A stretch of 64,000 bases of DNA, taken from assembly GCA_963737905.1 (NCBI GenBank), contig CAVTUQ010000029.1:1-64000 (forward strand), in the 5' to 3' direction. How positions within the stretch are numbered: the stretch's first letter is position 1; every line of letters begins with the position of its first letter. The notes beneath the pieces were generated by a model. That model had not been told where the DNA came from and made no database searches. It saw only the letters and a list, made by a program, of their open reading frames with translations. Below, piece by piece: positions 31,077 through 42,599 of this stretch. A program made the translations under genes and the position numbers. Origin of the DNA: an uncultured delta proteobacterium. GTDB lineage: Bacteria > Desulfobacterota > Binatia > UBA9968.

Positions 31077-32061
31077 CTTGGCTGGGTCGTGTGAAAATAG
31101 TCTTCCGGACGCTTTGCTGATTCTTTCCCGGCTTGAAGGATAACCGAACGGAGTAAATACCCACCGGCCAATGTCGCAATCGCTGCCACCATCGCCCAGC
31201 GGTCGGAGCGCCGCTTCATCATATGATTGAGGCCGTGCACGACTAGAGGAAAAAGCAAGCCTACGCCTTGATAGCCGATGCGATAAGCGCTTGCGACCGG
31301 CTCTTGTTTCATAGGTCCCGCTAGGTTTTCTCGCTCCCATTGCCGTTCCAGTCCGTTGCTTACAATGATCTCCGCAGCGCCCGTGATCATCGCGAATTTT
31401 TCTAAACGGCGTCTCGTCTCTTCGGGCGCGCCGTTTATTTCGGCGGCGATTGAAAGTATCGAGCAGACGTTGCCGCCGCCGAGATCCCGAAGAGTGCGGG
31501 CAACCAGCGACTGGCGCGCGCCCAAAGCGGTGTGCTGGTCGCACCGAGCAAAGTTCCGGTATAGGTCGCTACGACCATACCCGCGGCTGTAGCAGGCAGC
31601 GCTGCGGCGCGCGCGGCGTGCCGGTAAAAAGGCTTCCTTAACCGATCGGCGAGAAACTGCAGAGCCGCAGTTATCGCGCTGAAGGTCCCAAAGCCAGCAA
31701 GTGTCCACGAACCGATCGACATAGCCGATGTTCGGCGAAAAATCCGTAGCATGTTGTACCAACGTTCGGGGGTGTGGAGATCGGCGATCAGGAAGGCGGG
31801 GCCGGCGACCGCACCCCCAAGTGCCAGATAACGGCCGGCGCGAACAACGGAGCTGCTTTTTTCGCCACCGCTGAGATCGGCGATGGTAGCGATCATTTGA
31901 CTGGCGCCGGCGACTCCGCCGATGAACAGATAGGTCGCAACGAGCTGACCGTAGTGGCTCGGGTTGAGAACCGGTTGCTCGTAGTAGGTTTGACCTTGGT
32001 ACGGGGCGGGGACGCCTTGGTGCCGTCCATAGGGCGCGCGCTCGATGGGTTGAGTCTGCAT
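31073..32061 (-). CDS. NrfD/PsrC-family membrane anchor (frameshifted ~31450)
   Basis: YLFIGGVAG, LIADLHTPERWYNML, SAMSIGSW, YTGTLLGATSTPLW. Confidence 0.88.
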
Positions 32062-32079
32062 GGATAAAGGGTTTCCTTT

Positions 32080-32985
32080 CTATCTGTGGCTGCCAGTGAA
32101 GGCGACCATGGCTGCCAACGCCAGGCCCGCCATAGTCGCCAGCCCGCTTAACAAGCTCGGTAAAATCTGTTTCGACGGCAAGCTCGGCGCGGGCGGCAGG
32201 TTGTAGACCTCCGGACGATCCGTGAGCAAGAAAAAAGCATTTAGTTGGTTGATTCCGCCTGTCGCACCGGGTGAATCGGGCGCGCCGTAAAGGTAGGCAT
32301 CATTTCTACCCTGGGCGCGCAGGCTATCGACGCGCTTGCGCGCTCGGTCGTGCAGCGTGGACAGCTCTCCGAACTGGATCGAATCGGTGGGGCAAGCCTT
32401 GGCGCAAGCCGGTTCAAGCCCGCCCTTTAAGCGGTCGTAACACAGCGTGCATTTATGCGCCTTGCCGTCGGGCACATTCACCTCGACGACTCCAAAGGGG
32501 CACGCCGGGACGCAATAGCCGCAACCGTTGCAGATATCCTGCTGGACCACGACCGTGTCGAACTCGGTGCGAAACAACGCGCCCGTGGGGCAGGCTTCGA
32601 GGCAGGGCGCCGGGGAACAGTGCTTGCACACATCGCTCATCATCAGCCAGTTGCTTTGAAACGGTTGGAGCGCCGTGGCCCGGTTGCCGTCGCTCTTTCT
32701 TAGCTTTTCTAGGAACGTGACGTGGCGCCAGGTTGTCGCCGAAAGCCCCCCGGTATTGTCGTAGCTATGACCGCTGAGCTTGAACTCTTCCGCCGGCAAC
32801 GCATTCCATTCTTTACAGGCGACTTCACAGGCTTTGCATCCGATGCAGAGCGATGTGTCGGTGAAAAAACCATAACTACGGCCGGGTTCGATGCGTGACG
32901 CCTGCAGTCAACTCGGCTTCCTGCGGATCGACTGCCTGGCAAGGATCGATTCGGTGTAATCCAAAGCGCGTGGGGTAAATGTCAT
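32080..32985 (-). CDS. Formate dehydrogenase 4Fe-4S beta subunit (indels near its 5' end)
   Basis: FFTDTSLCIGCKACEVACKEWN, CKHC...CLEACP, CNGCGYCVPACP, KCTLCYDR..PACAKACP. Confidence 0.9.
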
Positions 32986-32989
32986 GCTG

Positions 32990-35900
32990 TTATAACCTCT
33001 CATTCATCATGGTCCCGTTCGTCGTTTTACGTTTCACTCGTCCCTTGCGCAAATTGCAGGTGAACGCTTTGCCTTCGTGAATCGTGGTGTTTGGATCACC
33101 GACGATCGCTGATAGCACATTCGCAATGTCGCCGGTCGCGTACCCTTGCCAGCCAAAGTGCCAGGGCATGCCGATCTGATAGACGCGCCGGCCGTTGATT
33201 TCGAATGGCCGCAGGCGATCCGTCACAAGCGCGCGTGTTTCAATCTCGCCACGCGCAGTGGAGATCACAATCCAATCCAGGCTCCGCGATCCCTTTTTCG
33301 TCCGCTAGCTCCGGTGGGATCTCGGCGAAGCCTTCGGGTTGCAACTCGGCGAGGGTTGGTACGAACCGTGTCGGTATCGCGCCGGAATGATGTTCGGTCA
33401 AACGGTACGTCGTAATAACGTACGGGTAATCGAGGATCGCCGACCTTGTGGTAGACGTTGTCCGGCCGCGGCCACTTGCGGGTCGGCGGATTGTCTTGTT
33501 GCTTGTACATCGGATTCGCACCGGCGACTCGACGGGCTCATAGTGCGTCGGCAGCGGCGCGTCCTTCAATCCTGATGGAACGAATAGCCACGCTTTGCCA
33601 TCGGCCGACATCATAAACGGCGATTTGCCGTCGTGCGCATCGTTGCCCAATAATGGGCCCGTGGCAAAATCGGGATTGGTAGTCAGGAGACTTGCTCGAG
33701 GAAAAATCAGGCTTGTCTTTTCCGACCCACTCTTTCTTTTCCGCATCCCACCACAGGTAGCGTTTGCGCTCCGACCACGGTTGCCCGTGGGTATCGGCGG
33801 AAGCCCGGTTGTACATGATGCGCCGATTGCTCGGCCAGGCGAACGCCCAATTCAAGATGAGTGCCCGGACCATCCGGTGGGTCGGGTTGTCGCGACCTGG
33901 AATGATTGAAATCATTTCGCGGGTAAACGCCCGTGTAGATCCAGACGCCACAGGCTGTCGAGCCGTCGTTTTTTAATTCTTTGAAATCGTCGATCTGCAT
34001 GTCGATCTGGCCAGGTATAGCCGTTCATCTCTTTCAAAATCGCGTCGGCCGATGGTTCGTCGTTCGGACCCTTCGTCGGGTAGTCCCACGTTATATTCCT
34101 GATCGGATCGTCCTTGGCGTCGGTACTGTTCGCGTAAAGTTTTTTCAACCGGTTGCCCAAATGGAACATGAACCAGAGGTCCGACCTGCAGTCGGCTGGC
34201 GGTTCGACGATTTTCTCGTGCCACTGGATCAGCCGCTGGGTATTGGTGAACGATCCTTCCTTCTCCCCGGGCAATGCCGCCGGCATTAAAAAGATCTCCG
34301 TTTTGATTGCTTCGGGAGGGAGGAGGGTGACTTGCGGCGATTTGTACCAAAACGACGCGGTTTCGTTTTCAAATGTTTCGCGCACGACCATCCATTCGAG
34401 GTTCGCAAGGGCTTTGCGCACGAGACGACTATTGTGTCCGCCGACCACCGGATTTTGGCCGATCAGATAGTAGACCCCGGATGACGCCGTCGGCGATCGC
34501 CAGCATCATCGGCTCCTGGGAATGATCGCCAATGATCTTCGGAACCCATTGGTAACCCCACTCATTCTGCGGAGTTGCTACATCGCCGTACCAGGCGCGC
34601 ATCAGGCTAATCATGTATTTGGGAAAGTTGTGCCACCATCCGGTGGGCGGCGTTTCGACCTCGAGGTATCGATCAAGCGATTTATGCGGCTTCATAGCGC
34701 TCGGCTGCGGCAGATAACCCGGGAGCAGGTTGTAGAGCGTCGGAACATCGGTACTGCCTTGAATGCTGCAATGACCGCGAAGCGCCAGGATACCGCCACC
34801 TGGCCGGCCGATGTTTCCCAGTAAGGATTGGATGATCGCAGCCGCGCGGATCATCTGAACTCCGGTCGTGTGGTGAGTCCAGCCGACCGCGTAGCACCAG
34901 GCGCCGGTCCGATCGCGCCCGGAGTTTTTCAAGAGCGCTTCCGCGATGTTTAAGAAGGTTTCCTTGGGACATCCGGTGACTCGCTCGACCATTTCAGGCG
35001 TGTAGGCCGAATAATGGGCTTTGAGGATCTGGTACACGCACTTCGGATCTATCAATGTCGGATCGCATGGCGGCGGCCGGCGCGTCAGTTCCTGCTGCTT
35101 CTTGATCATCTTTTCCGGATCATCCGTGCTCGGATGCACGTACGCTTCAGCGAGTGTCGCGGGAATATCCATGCCGCGGTACTGCCACGAATCCACGTTG
35201 TAGGAAAGCGTCTCTGCCTCCCATCCGGAAAATAATCCGTCGAGCTCGCTGGCATCCTTGAAGTCGTCCTCGATGATCGTCGCGATGTTCGTGTAGTTGA
35301 GCGCGTACTCTTTGAAGAAGGGGTCGTTGTGCCAGCGCTCACTGTCGAGAATGTAGTGGATGATGCCGCCGAGAAAAGCGATGTCGCTGCCGGCGCGCAA
35401 GGGAGCATAGATATCGCATAGCGCTGAGGTGCGGGTGAATCGCGGATCGACGTGAATAATCGTGGCGCCTTTCTCCTTGGCCTGCATGACGAACCGAAAA
35501 GCGATCGGGTGGTTTTCGGCCATATTGGAGCCCATGATCATGACGCAATCGGCATTCGCCAGATCCCATTGCGACGTCGTTGCCGCCCCGCGACCGAAAG
35601 TGGCGCCCAAACTGGGCACCGATGAGCTGTGTCAGACCCGCGCCTGGTTTTCTATCCAGACCATTCCCAGAGCGCCGCCGCAGAATTTTTTGATCAGATA
35701 ATTTTCTTCGTTGTCGAGGGTAGCGCCTCCGAGCTCTGCGACAGCTAAAGTATGATTCACTTGGGTTCCGTCCGGCAGCTGGCGCACAAAGGTTTCATCG
35801 CGGGTACGCTTGACCAAATACGCGATGCGGTCCATCGCCCATTCCAGCGGGCGTTCCTCCCAGTGATCGGAATAGGGCGCGCGATATTTCACTTTGGTAA

Positions 35901-36225
35901 GCCGGTTCGGGTTGAGCATCCAGCCGAGAGTCGCCGCCCCTTTGGGACAGAGCGTTCCCTGGTTGATCGGGCTGCGGGGATCCCCTTCGATATGGATAAC
36001 CTCGTTCCCCTTGGCATATATTAGCTGCGCGCAGCCCACAGCGCAGTACGGGCAGATGCTCGTGCCGACCCGATCGGCCTCTTCCAAACGGGGCCGCAGC
36101 GTACGGGACTGAGTGGATTCTGCTGCGGTGCTCTTTGGATCTTGCCCGGCCAGTTGCCGCGGTATCGACCATTCATGCAGAACGCCTCGCAATCGCTCGC
36201 CGACACTTGCTAGTTTAGCTGACAT
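32990..36225 (-). CDS. Selenocysteine formate dehydrogenase alpha subunit (FdnG-like, several frameshifts)
   Basis: CPYCAVGC, LCPKG, NQARV-TGA-HSSSVPSLGATFGRG, GWTHH, LRGH, TTYRLTEHH. Confidence 0.92.
35602..35634 (-). promoter_or_regulatory. In-frame Sec UGA codon (35632-35634) with bacterial SECIS hairpin
   Basis: TGA-11 nt-GGTGCCCA GTT TGGGCGCC stem-loop with G first in the loop. Confidence 0.85.
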
Positions 36226-36490
36226 GTTTTTCCTCCGGTTTAAGCTTATCCATCTGTTGGACAGCGCACGCTATGCCGGAGGCTTGGTTTGCTTCTCCCG
36301 CAAACCATACCCGCACGCGTGCGCGCGTGCGCTTGAGCTGAATTAGACCGCTAACGTCAACAGGTGCTTTACGTCCGAGGAGCAAAATCAAGCTCCGGCC
36401 GTCGTCCAGTATCAGACGAAACCGTTGTTCCTGAACTAGATTTATGTATCCTGTGACCGCCGTATACGCTGGAATCAGATTGTGAGACAT
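36215..36490 (-). CDS. Hypothetical protein leading the FDH operon
   Basis: GYINLVQEQRFRLILDDGRSL; stop overlaps the FDH alpha start. Confidence 0.65.
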   Translation of the reverse strand: MSHNLIPAYTAVTGYINLVQEQRFRLILDDGRSLILLLGRKAPVDVSGLIQLKRTRARVRVWFAGEANQASGIACAVQQMDKLKPEEKHVS

Positions 36491-36523
36491 GTGCTTCGTC
36501 GATTGGACCTGCAATTGGACGGA

Positions 36524-36538
36524 GCAAGGCAGGTGCCA
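36524..36538 (-). promoter_or_regulatory. Sigma-54 promoter (FDH operon)
   Basis: TGGCAC-CTGCC-TTGC. Confidence 0.78.
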
Positions 36539-36750
36539 AATATTCGGCTCTTACGAAACGTTTGTCAGTCGACTATCAGAGGATCTCTGTATCGACTATT
36601 GCTCGGTGGGATCCTCGAAGCGAGTGATCGTCGATGGCGCGTTCGTCGAGTATGTCGGATGACCTGTACTGATTTGGCTTTCAATTGGCCTCTCTATCTG
36701 AGAAAAATCCGTACAAAAAATCCCGTTGAGATGGAATCTATCGCGCCGTC

Positions 36751-37353
36751 TCATCGGTAGAAAACGTGTTTTCCGATCTCCACAGTACGTCTGTGCTCTT
36801 TGGCCCAAGCTGGCGTCAGCTCCACCGAATGAAAGAACAAAGCGCCACCGGTTGGATCGATTGGAGGGTTCTTCAGGAGCTGTGCGGCGACTTCCCGTGC
36901 TTCCTTCCAGGCGTCGGCGTTGTGCGGTGTATCAGACTGGCCGTCGCACCAGTATGAAAATTGGCACGGTGACTTTTCACCTCCCTGCCGTACCACTTCA
37001 CAGGCTGTGTCCGGGAAGTTTGGATTCTTCATTCGATTCAAAACCACCCACCCAACGGCCTCCATCGCCGCACGCCCCTGAGCACGCGCTTCCCAGTAAA
37101 CTGTCAAGGCGAGACAGCGAATCTCATCAGACTGCCTCTCCGTAGCTATGAGGTTCGATTGGCGACCTATCGGCATCAGATATAAGGCCAGGCTCATAGC
37201 GATCGCTAGCAGGAACCGTCCGATACTCTGAATGTTAAAAGCACCCAAGCGCTTAGCTCTCGAATTATTCGACCAGCAAAAATTAGGCAATTCATGTGCC
37301 ATTATATGAGTGGGCATGCCCCTGTTCTTTCCGCTAGCAGGGCCGCGCACCAA
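36751..37353 (-). CDS. SleB/CwlJ-like cell wall hydrolase (Hydrolase_2); true start may be downstream
   Basis: CLALTVYWEARAQ..AVGWVVLNR..FP..CEVVRQ..CQFS..DPTGGALFFH..IGKHVFYR. Confidence 0.88.
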   Translation of the reverse strand: MVRGPASGKNRGMPTHIMAHELPNFCWSNNSRAKRLGAFNIQSIGRFLLAIAMSLALYLMPIGRQSNLIATERQSDEIRCLALTVYWEARAQGRAAMEAVGWVVLNRMKNPNFPDTACEVVRQGGEKSPCQFSYWCDGQSDTPHNADAWKEAREVAAQLLKNPPIDPTGGALFFHSVELTPAWAKEHRRTVEIGKHVFYR

Positions 37354-37410
37354 ACATCCCGAGATCGGTGATTTTCAGCAATGCCTTGCCCGTCCAGCGC
37401 CAACAACTTT

Positions 37411-37425
37411 GCAAGCACAGTTCCC
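37411..37425 (-). promoter_or_regulatory. Sigma-54-like promoter (cell wall hydrolase)
   Basis: GGGAAC-TGTGC-TTGC. Confidence 0.55.
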
Positions 37426-37759
37426 CGGCCGAGCTCGTCTAGATCGTTTCCTGACTTCGTCCCTAGTTTGTCCTATTTCTTAATGGCTGGCCGTTCTTTA
37501 ACATTGATTGACAAAGGCCCGCTCTTTGATAGGCTGAACCAGGGCTTAATAATGATTTGTTACGTCACAGAAACAGCCATGTTAACGGACGAAAAGTGGT
37601 CACGTTTCCGGGCCCGAATACAGACAGAATTCCACAGAAGAAACCTTCGCTCGACCCCAGCCGGTGGCGATTCTCGCGTCGGCGAATTCGAGCACGGCGC
37701 GTCCGAGTACTTTATCCCTTTCAACTCCTGAGAGCCGCTGGCATCGATAAGCACAATCG

Positions 37760-40700
37760 ATGATTTCACAAATTTCCACTGAAGTTCTGGAACGGGAGCG
37801 AAGATTGCGCTCTCAAGCCGAGAAGCTCAATGAGGTGGCGCGCAGCCTGACATCCGAGCTTGACCTTCAGACGCTTCTTCAAAAGGTCACCGATGTGGCC
37901 ACTGAGCTGACGGGCGCGAAGTTTGGGGCTTTCTTTTACAACTCGATGAACGAGCGAGGCGAGTCTTACGTGTTATACACGCTGTCAGGTGCGCCTCGTG
38001 AAGCGTTCGAAAAGTTCGGCATTCCGCGAAATACGCCATTGTTCGAACCAACTTTTCGAGGCGCGGGGGTCGTGCGTGTTGATGATGTGCTAAAGGATTC
38101 GCGTTATGGCCAAAACCCACCTCACCGCGGCATGCCCCAGGGCCATCTTGCCGTTCGCAGTTATTTGGCGGTTCCAGTTATCTCGCGCTTCGGCGAAGTC
38201 CTAGGGGGTTTGTTCTTTGGTCACCCTGAGCCGGCTGTATTTACCGAGTATGCAGAGAGCGTCGCTCTGGGTATCGCAGCTCAAGCAGCCGTTGCTATCG
38301 ATAACGCGAAGCTTCATGGGCAAGCCAAGAAAGAAATCGAAGAGCGCGTCCGAATCGAAACGGCGCTGAGGGAAAGCGAGGAACGGCTTCGTTTAGTTGC
38401 TCGCGCGGCCAATGACGTAATTTGGGAAATCGACATTAACAAAGACCGGGTCTGGTGGAGCGAGGCTATGCAAGGCGTCTTCGGATACGCGCCCGAGGAG
38501 ATCGGCCTTGATACAGCCTGGCTCCGCGAGCACATTCATCCTGATGATCGAGATCGAGTTGTTGGCGGAATGACTGAAGCTATCAAGGGCACAAGCGAAG
38601 TATGGTCGGACGAATTTCGTTATCGCCGAGCGGATGGGTCCTACGTGTACGTGGTCGACCGGGCCTTTCTGGTCCGGGATGCAAAAGGGGATGCATTGCG
38701 CATGATCGGGGGAATGCGCGACATCACTGAACGCAAGCAGGCGGAACAGTCGTTAGCGGAAAAGATGCGCCAATTGGAAGCGCTCTACCAATTCGTGGAG
38801 CAGCGGCAGCGAGCCAGATGCCTCGAAGAGATCTACGATACGGCGCTGGATGCGATTCTGTCGGCGCTGCGCTGCGAGCGCGCTTCGATTTTGCTTGTCG
38901 ACGAGTCGGGGGTTATGCGTTTCGTAGCATGGCGTGGATTGTCCGACATTTATCGGAAAACCACCGAAGGTCACTCTCCGTGGAGGAAAGACGACCCTAA
39001 CCCGAAGCCTGTCTGTGTTCCCGATGTCGCCGTTGCTGATCTTGATGGTGCGCTGAAATCGGTGGTCACGGCCGAAGGGATCGGCGCGCTTGCCTTTATT
39101 CCGTTGGTGAACGACCAGAGGCTTGCTGGCAAGTTCATGATCTATTATAACGCGCCTCATGTTTTTGGCGATGAAGAACTTGAACTGAGCCTTACCATTG
39201 CTGGCCACCTCGCGCTCGGCATCGAGCGCATGCGGGCGGAACAAGCTCTGCAGATCGTCTCGCTTTTGCCAGGTCAAAATCCAGCTCCGGTGCTGCGCAT
39301 TACTCGTGCTGGCACGCTCCTTTATGCTAATCCAGCTGCTCTCGAATCGTTTAAGGAATGGGATCTTCGCATCGACGCAACAGTTCCGCGTGTGCTCAAT
39401 GAAGTGATCGCGGAGGCCTGGAGCGCAGGAGAAGTACGCACACAGGAACAGATTGTGGGTGACCGAGATTACCTCGTCTGCATTGCGCCCGTATTGGAGT
39501 CTGATTATGCGAATCTCTACTGGAACGACATCACCGAGCGGAAACGAAGCGAAGTAGCATTACGGGAGAGCGAGGCGCGTTTCCGCCAGCTTGCCGATGC
39601 TATGCCTCAAATTGTCTGGACTGCCAGGCCCGACGGCTATATCGACTACTATAACGAACGTTGGTATGAGTTCACCGGGTTCCCGCGCGCCGAATTCGGC
39701 CAAAGCAGCTGGAAACCGATTCTCCACCCTGATGATGTGCAGCGTTGCGTTGAGACTTACTTCGGCTGCATACACGAGGGCAAGCCTTATCAGATTGAAT
39801 ACCGGTTTAAAGATCGCGCCAGCGGCGGCTACCGATGGTTCATGGGTCGCGCGATGCCCATCCGCGACGATCGAGGCGAGATCCTCAAATGGGTCGGCAC
39901 CTGCACCGATATTGATGACCAGAAACGAGGCAATGAGCGTCTGGAAAAGACGGTGGCGGACCGAACCCGGGAGCTGCAGCAGGCGAATGCGGCGATCTTG
40001 CGGGACATGGAGGAACGAAGGAAGCTCGAGGAGCAGCTGCTGCAGGCTCAGAAGATGGAAAGCATCGGAGTCCTGGCTGGCGGCATCGCACACGATTTCA
40101 ATAATATTCTCAACATCATTCAGGGATATGCTTCGGTTTTGAGCGCCGATGGCGTCGAAAGCAAACAGACGGGCGAAAGCCTGGCCATCATTAGCGAGAC
40201 TGTCCAGCGCGGGTCTATCCTAGTGCAGCAGCTTTTGACTCTGGCGCGTAAGAGCAGCATTCATTTGGAATCGGTAAGTCTTAACGGGCTGATCGAAGGA
40301 CTGATCTCATTGATCAGCCAAACTTTTCCCAAGACCATCGAATTGAACTCCAGGCTCGAGGCGGATCTCCCGCCGATACTGGCCGATAGAAACCAAATCG
40401 AGCAGGCACTGCTGAATCTTTGTGTGAACGCCAGCGATGCCATGCCCGACGGCGGCAATCTCACCTTCAAAACCGAATCAGTAGACCCCCGGAATTTGCA
40501 GGGTTTGGGCGATGTCCTCGAACCGCGTTACGTCTGCATTGAAGTGAGTGATACCGGGAAGGGGATAGAGGAGGGCGTTCGAGAGCGGATTTTCGAGCCC
40601 TTCTTCACGACCAAAAAGAGTCAGGGAACCGGATTGGGGCTCTCGGTGGTCTACGGCATTGTAAAAAACCACAACGGCTTGATCGACGTGAAAAGCAGGC

Positions 40701-41179
40701 CGATGTCCGGGACAGTGTTTCGATTGTACTTCCCGATCAGCGATTTCGAGAAAACTGTCGACGAACCGGTAGTCAAGCCCGACATCGATCCCGCCGCAGT
40801 CAGTGGTACGGCGACGGTATTAGTCGTGGAAGATGAGAAGAACATGCTGAATCTTTTAGAGAAAGTTCTCCTGCAGCAGGGATATCAGGTCTTCACTGCG
40901 ACTGATGGAGAGAAGGCGCTGGAGGTCTATCAGCATCACAACGGAACCATCGATGTCGTGCTGCTTGACATCGGACTGCCAAAACTGGCGGGTGAGGACG
41001 TCTTGCGAAAAATGAAACAACAGAACCCGGGCGTGAAAGTTGTTATCGCCAGCGGTTATTTAGAACCCGAACTCAAGGCCAAGATGGATCAGGCCGGAGT
41101 CCAGTATTTTTTGCCGAAGCCCTACTTACCCGACAAGGTGGTCAAAATTCTCCAATGTGCGATTGAGGGCAAACCGTAA
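37760..41179 (+). CDS. Hybrid sensor kinase GAF-PAS-GAF-PAS-PAS-HisKA-HATPase-REC
   Basis: [40 protein letters not shown]. Confidence 0.93.
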   Translation: MISQISTEVLERERRLRSQAEKLNEVARSLTSELDLQTLLQKVTDVATELTGAKFGAFFYNSMNERGESYVLYTLSGAPREAFEKFGIPRNTPLFEPTFRGAGVVRVDDVLKDSRYGQNPPHRGMPQGHLAVRSYLAVPVISRFGEVLGGLFFGHPEPAVFTEYAESVALGIAAQAAVAIDNAKLHGQAKKEIEERVRIETALRESEERLRLVARAANDVIWEIDINKDRVWWSEAMQGVFGYAPEEIGLDTAWLREHIHPDDRDRVVGGMTEAIKGTSEVWSDEFRYRRADGSYVYVVDRAFLVRDAKGDALRMIGGMRDITERKQAEQSLAEKMRQLEALYQFVEQRQRARCLEEIYDTALDAILSALRCERASILLVDESGVMRFVAWRGLSDIYRKTTEGHSPWRKDDPNPKPVCVPDVAVADLDGALKSVVTAEGIGALAFIPLVNDQRLAGKFMIYYNAPHVFGDEELELSLTIAGHLALGIERMRAEQALQIVSLLPGQNPAPVLRITRAGTLLYANPAALESFKEWDLRIDATVPRVLNEVIAEAWSAGEVRTQEQIVGDRDYLVCIAPVLESDYANLYWNDITERKRSEVALRESEARFRQLADAMPQIVWTARPDGYIDYYNERWYEFTGFPRAEFGQSSWKPILHPDDVQRCVETYFGCIHEGKPYQIEYRFKDRASGGYRWFMGRAMPIRDDRGEILKWVGTCTDIDDQKRGNERLEKTVADRTRELQQANAAILRDMEERRKLEEQLLQAQKMESIGVLAGGIAHDFNNILNIIQGYASVLSADGVESKQTGESLAIISETVQRGSILVQQLLTLARKSSIHLESVSLNGLIEGLISLISQTFPKTIELNSRLEADLPPILADRNQIEQALLNLCVNASDAMPDGGNLTFKTESVDPRNLQGLGDVLEPRYVCIEVSDTGKGIEEGVRERIFEPFFTTKKSQGTGLGLSVVYGIVKNHNGLIDVKSRPMSGTVFRLYFPISDFEKTVDEPVVKPDIDPAAVSGTATVLVVEDEKNMLNLLEKVLLQQGYQVFTATDGEKALEVYQHHNGTIDVVLLDIGLPKLAGEDVLRKMKQQNPGVKVVIASGYLEPELKAKMDQAGVQYFLPKPYLPDKVVKILQCAIEGKP

Positions 41180-41204
41180 ACGCGCTCCAAGCATCATTTT
41201 GTCA

Positions 41205-41972
41205 CTACTTCCCCGACGCTACTCGCTTCTGATAATTCCAGATGCCGTCGCGCTGCGGCGGGCGGCCTTTGAGGACGTCTTTAAAGTGCGGGTGCTCGTA
41301 GAGTGGAGTGCGATTCGACATCTCATCGATAAGATCGTCGGATAGGTAAGTGTAGTCCTTGCCCTCTGCGCAGTACGCTAGGTAATTCATCCGAGCCTGC
41401 TCTTCTAGCTGCGCCATACCCATCACCGCCTCTGAGAGGTTTTTCCCCGTCGTTACGGCGCCATGGCCACGAAGCAGCATAGCTCGGCTGTTGCCCAACA
41501 GATTTGCGACCTCCATCCCCTCAGCATCGCTCTGGATCGTCTTGACGTGGGGGTAAATGGGGAGCGCACGGCGCACCAGTTGCGCGCCTTCTTGGCACAT
41601 CGGCTTCAGCGAGCCCGTGAGAACGCTCATGAGGATGGTGTAGCGCGGGTGAACGTGCACGACCGCCTGAACGTCCGGTCGCGTCTTGTAGATGCACGCG
41701 TGGATTTTCACTTCGGAGCACTGCGTCAATCCCGGTCGGCCCGCGATGAGAAATCCCTCGGTGTCGCACAGAACCATATCGTCCGGCTCCATGATCGACA
41801 GGGCGTCGAACTCGTACTCGCGACCCTTGACAAAGAAATGCTTGGGCTCCGAGGGGACGCGCATGCTGGCGTGTCCCAGAGCGGCAGTCAGGCCAGTTGC
41901 CAGGCCCAGGTTGGCGAGGACGCGGTTCGCCGCCGCCACCTCGCGCTTTACATCTTCGAGATTTGTGCTCAT
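41205..41972 (-). CDS. Class II aldolase/adducin-family protein
   Basis: GHASMR, SEVKIH, VVHVHP, LLRGHGAV. Confidence 0.88.
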   Translation of the reverse strand: MSTNLEDVKREVAAANRVLANLGLATGLTAALGHASMRVPSEPKHFFVKGREYEFDALSIMEPDDMVLCDTEGFLIAGRPGLTQCSEVKIHACIYKTRPDVQAVVHVHPRYTILMSVLTGSLKPMCQEGAQLVRRALPIYPHVKTIQSDAEGMEVANLLGNSRAMLLRGHGAVTTGKNLSEAVMGMAQLEEQARMNYLAYCAEGKDYTYLSDDLIDEMSNRTPLYEHPHFKDVLKGRPPQRDGIWNYQKRVASGK

Positions 41973-42308
41973 TTCTGACCTCCTGCTTCAATGACGGCGT
42001 GAGTTTTAGCATGTTCTGAGACCATGCGTCGATATCCCATTATAATATTAGAACGACGGTAATTGCAGCGACCTTTACGGCATTCTGCGTTAACGAACCG
42101 CATCTCGGCTGGATGGAATCGTGAGACCGATCTGCTTCGCGGTCCTGAGATTGACAATAAATGCTTTTCCCCAGCAATAGTCAAACTCAGGTAGGCTCGG
42201 TCGCGCCAAGAGCAAGACAAGTAATTTTCTTATTCATCGGACGTCCCAAATCCGAGACGCACTGCCAAATGCTTGACTAGGTAGCTACCAGAAGCTACAT
42301 TGTTAACC

Positions 42309-42599
42309 ATGAGAGCCGTTGGTTTAAAAGTCCTCAAAAACAAGCTTAGCGAGTATGTTCGCTTGGCCGCGAGCGGCGAAACCGTACTGGTCACCGACCG
42401 CGACCGTGTAGTCGCCGAGCTGGTTCCGCCCCAAAAGAACCGCAGCCCGTTTCTGGCCGACGCATTGCTTGCTGAGGCGGTACGCCAGGGCTGGATAACC
42501 CCTCCGATGCAGCGCTCCGAAGGCCCTCCGCCACGCAAGCCGGTCATGTCCTTCCGCAAACTACTTGGTGAGCTGGAGCAGGACCGGAGCGAGCGTTGA
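42309..42599 (+). CDS. Phd/YefM-type antitoxin
   Basis: VGLKVLKNKLSEYVRLAASGETVLVTDRDRVVAEL. Confidence 0.88.
   Translation: MRAVGLKVLKNKLSEYVRLAASGETVLVTDRDRVVAELVPPQKNRSPFLADALLAEAVRQGWITPPMQRSEGPPPRKPVMSFRKLLGELEQDRSER

Noticed and set aside
32908-32910. In-frame TGA near the start of the FDH beta subunit as a second selenocysteine
   Set aside because: It is not at a Cys position, and an alternative frame (AVDPQEAELTAGVT) looks like the real protein, implying compensating indels.
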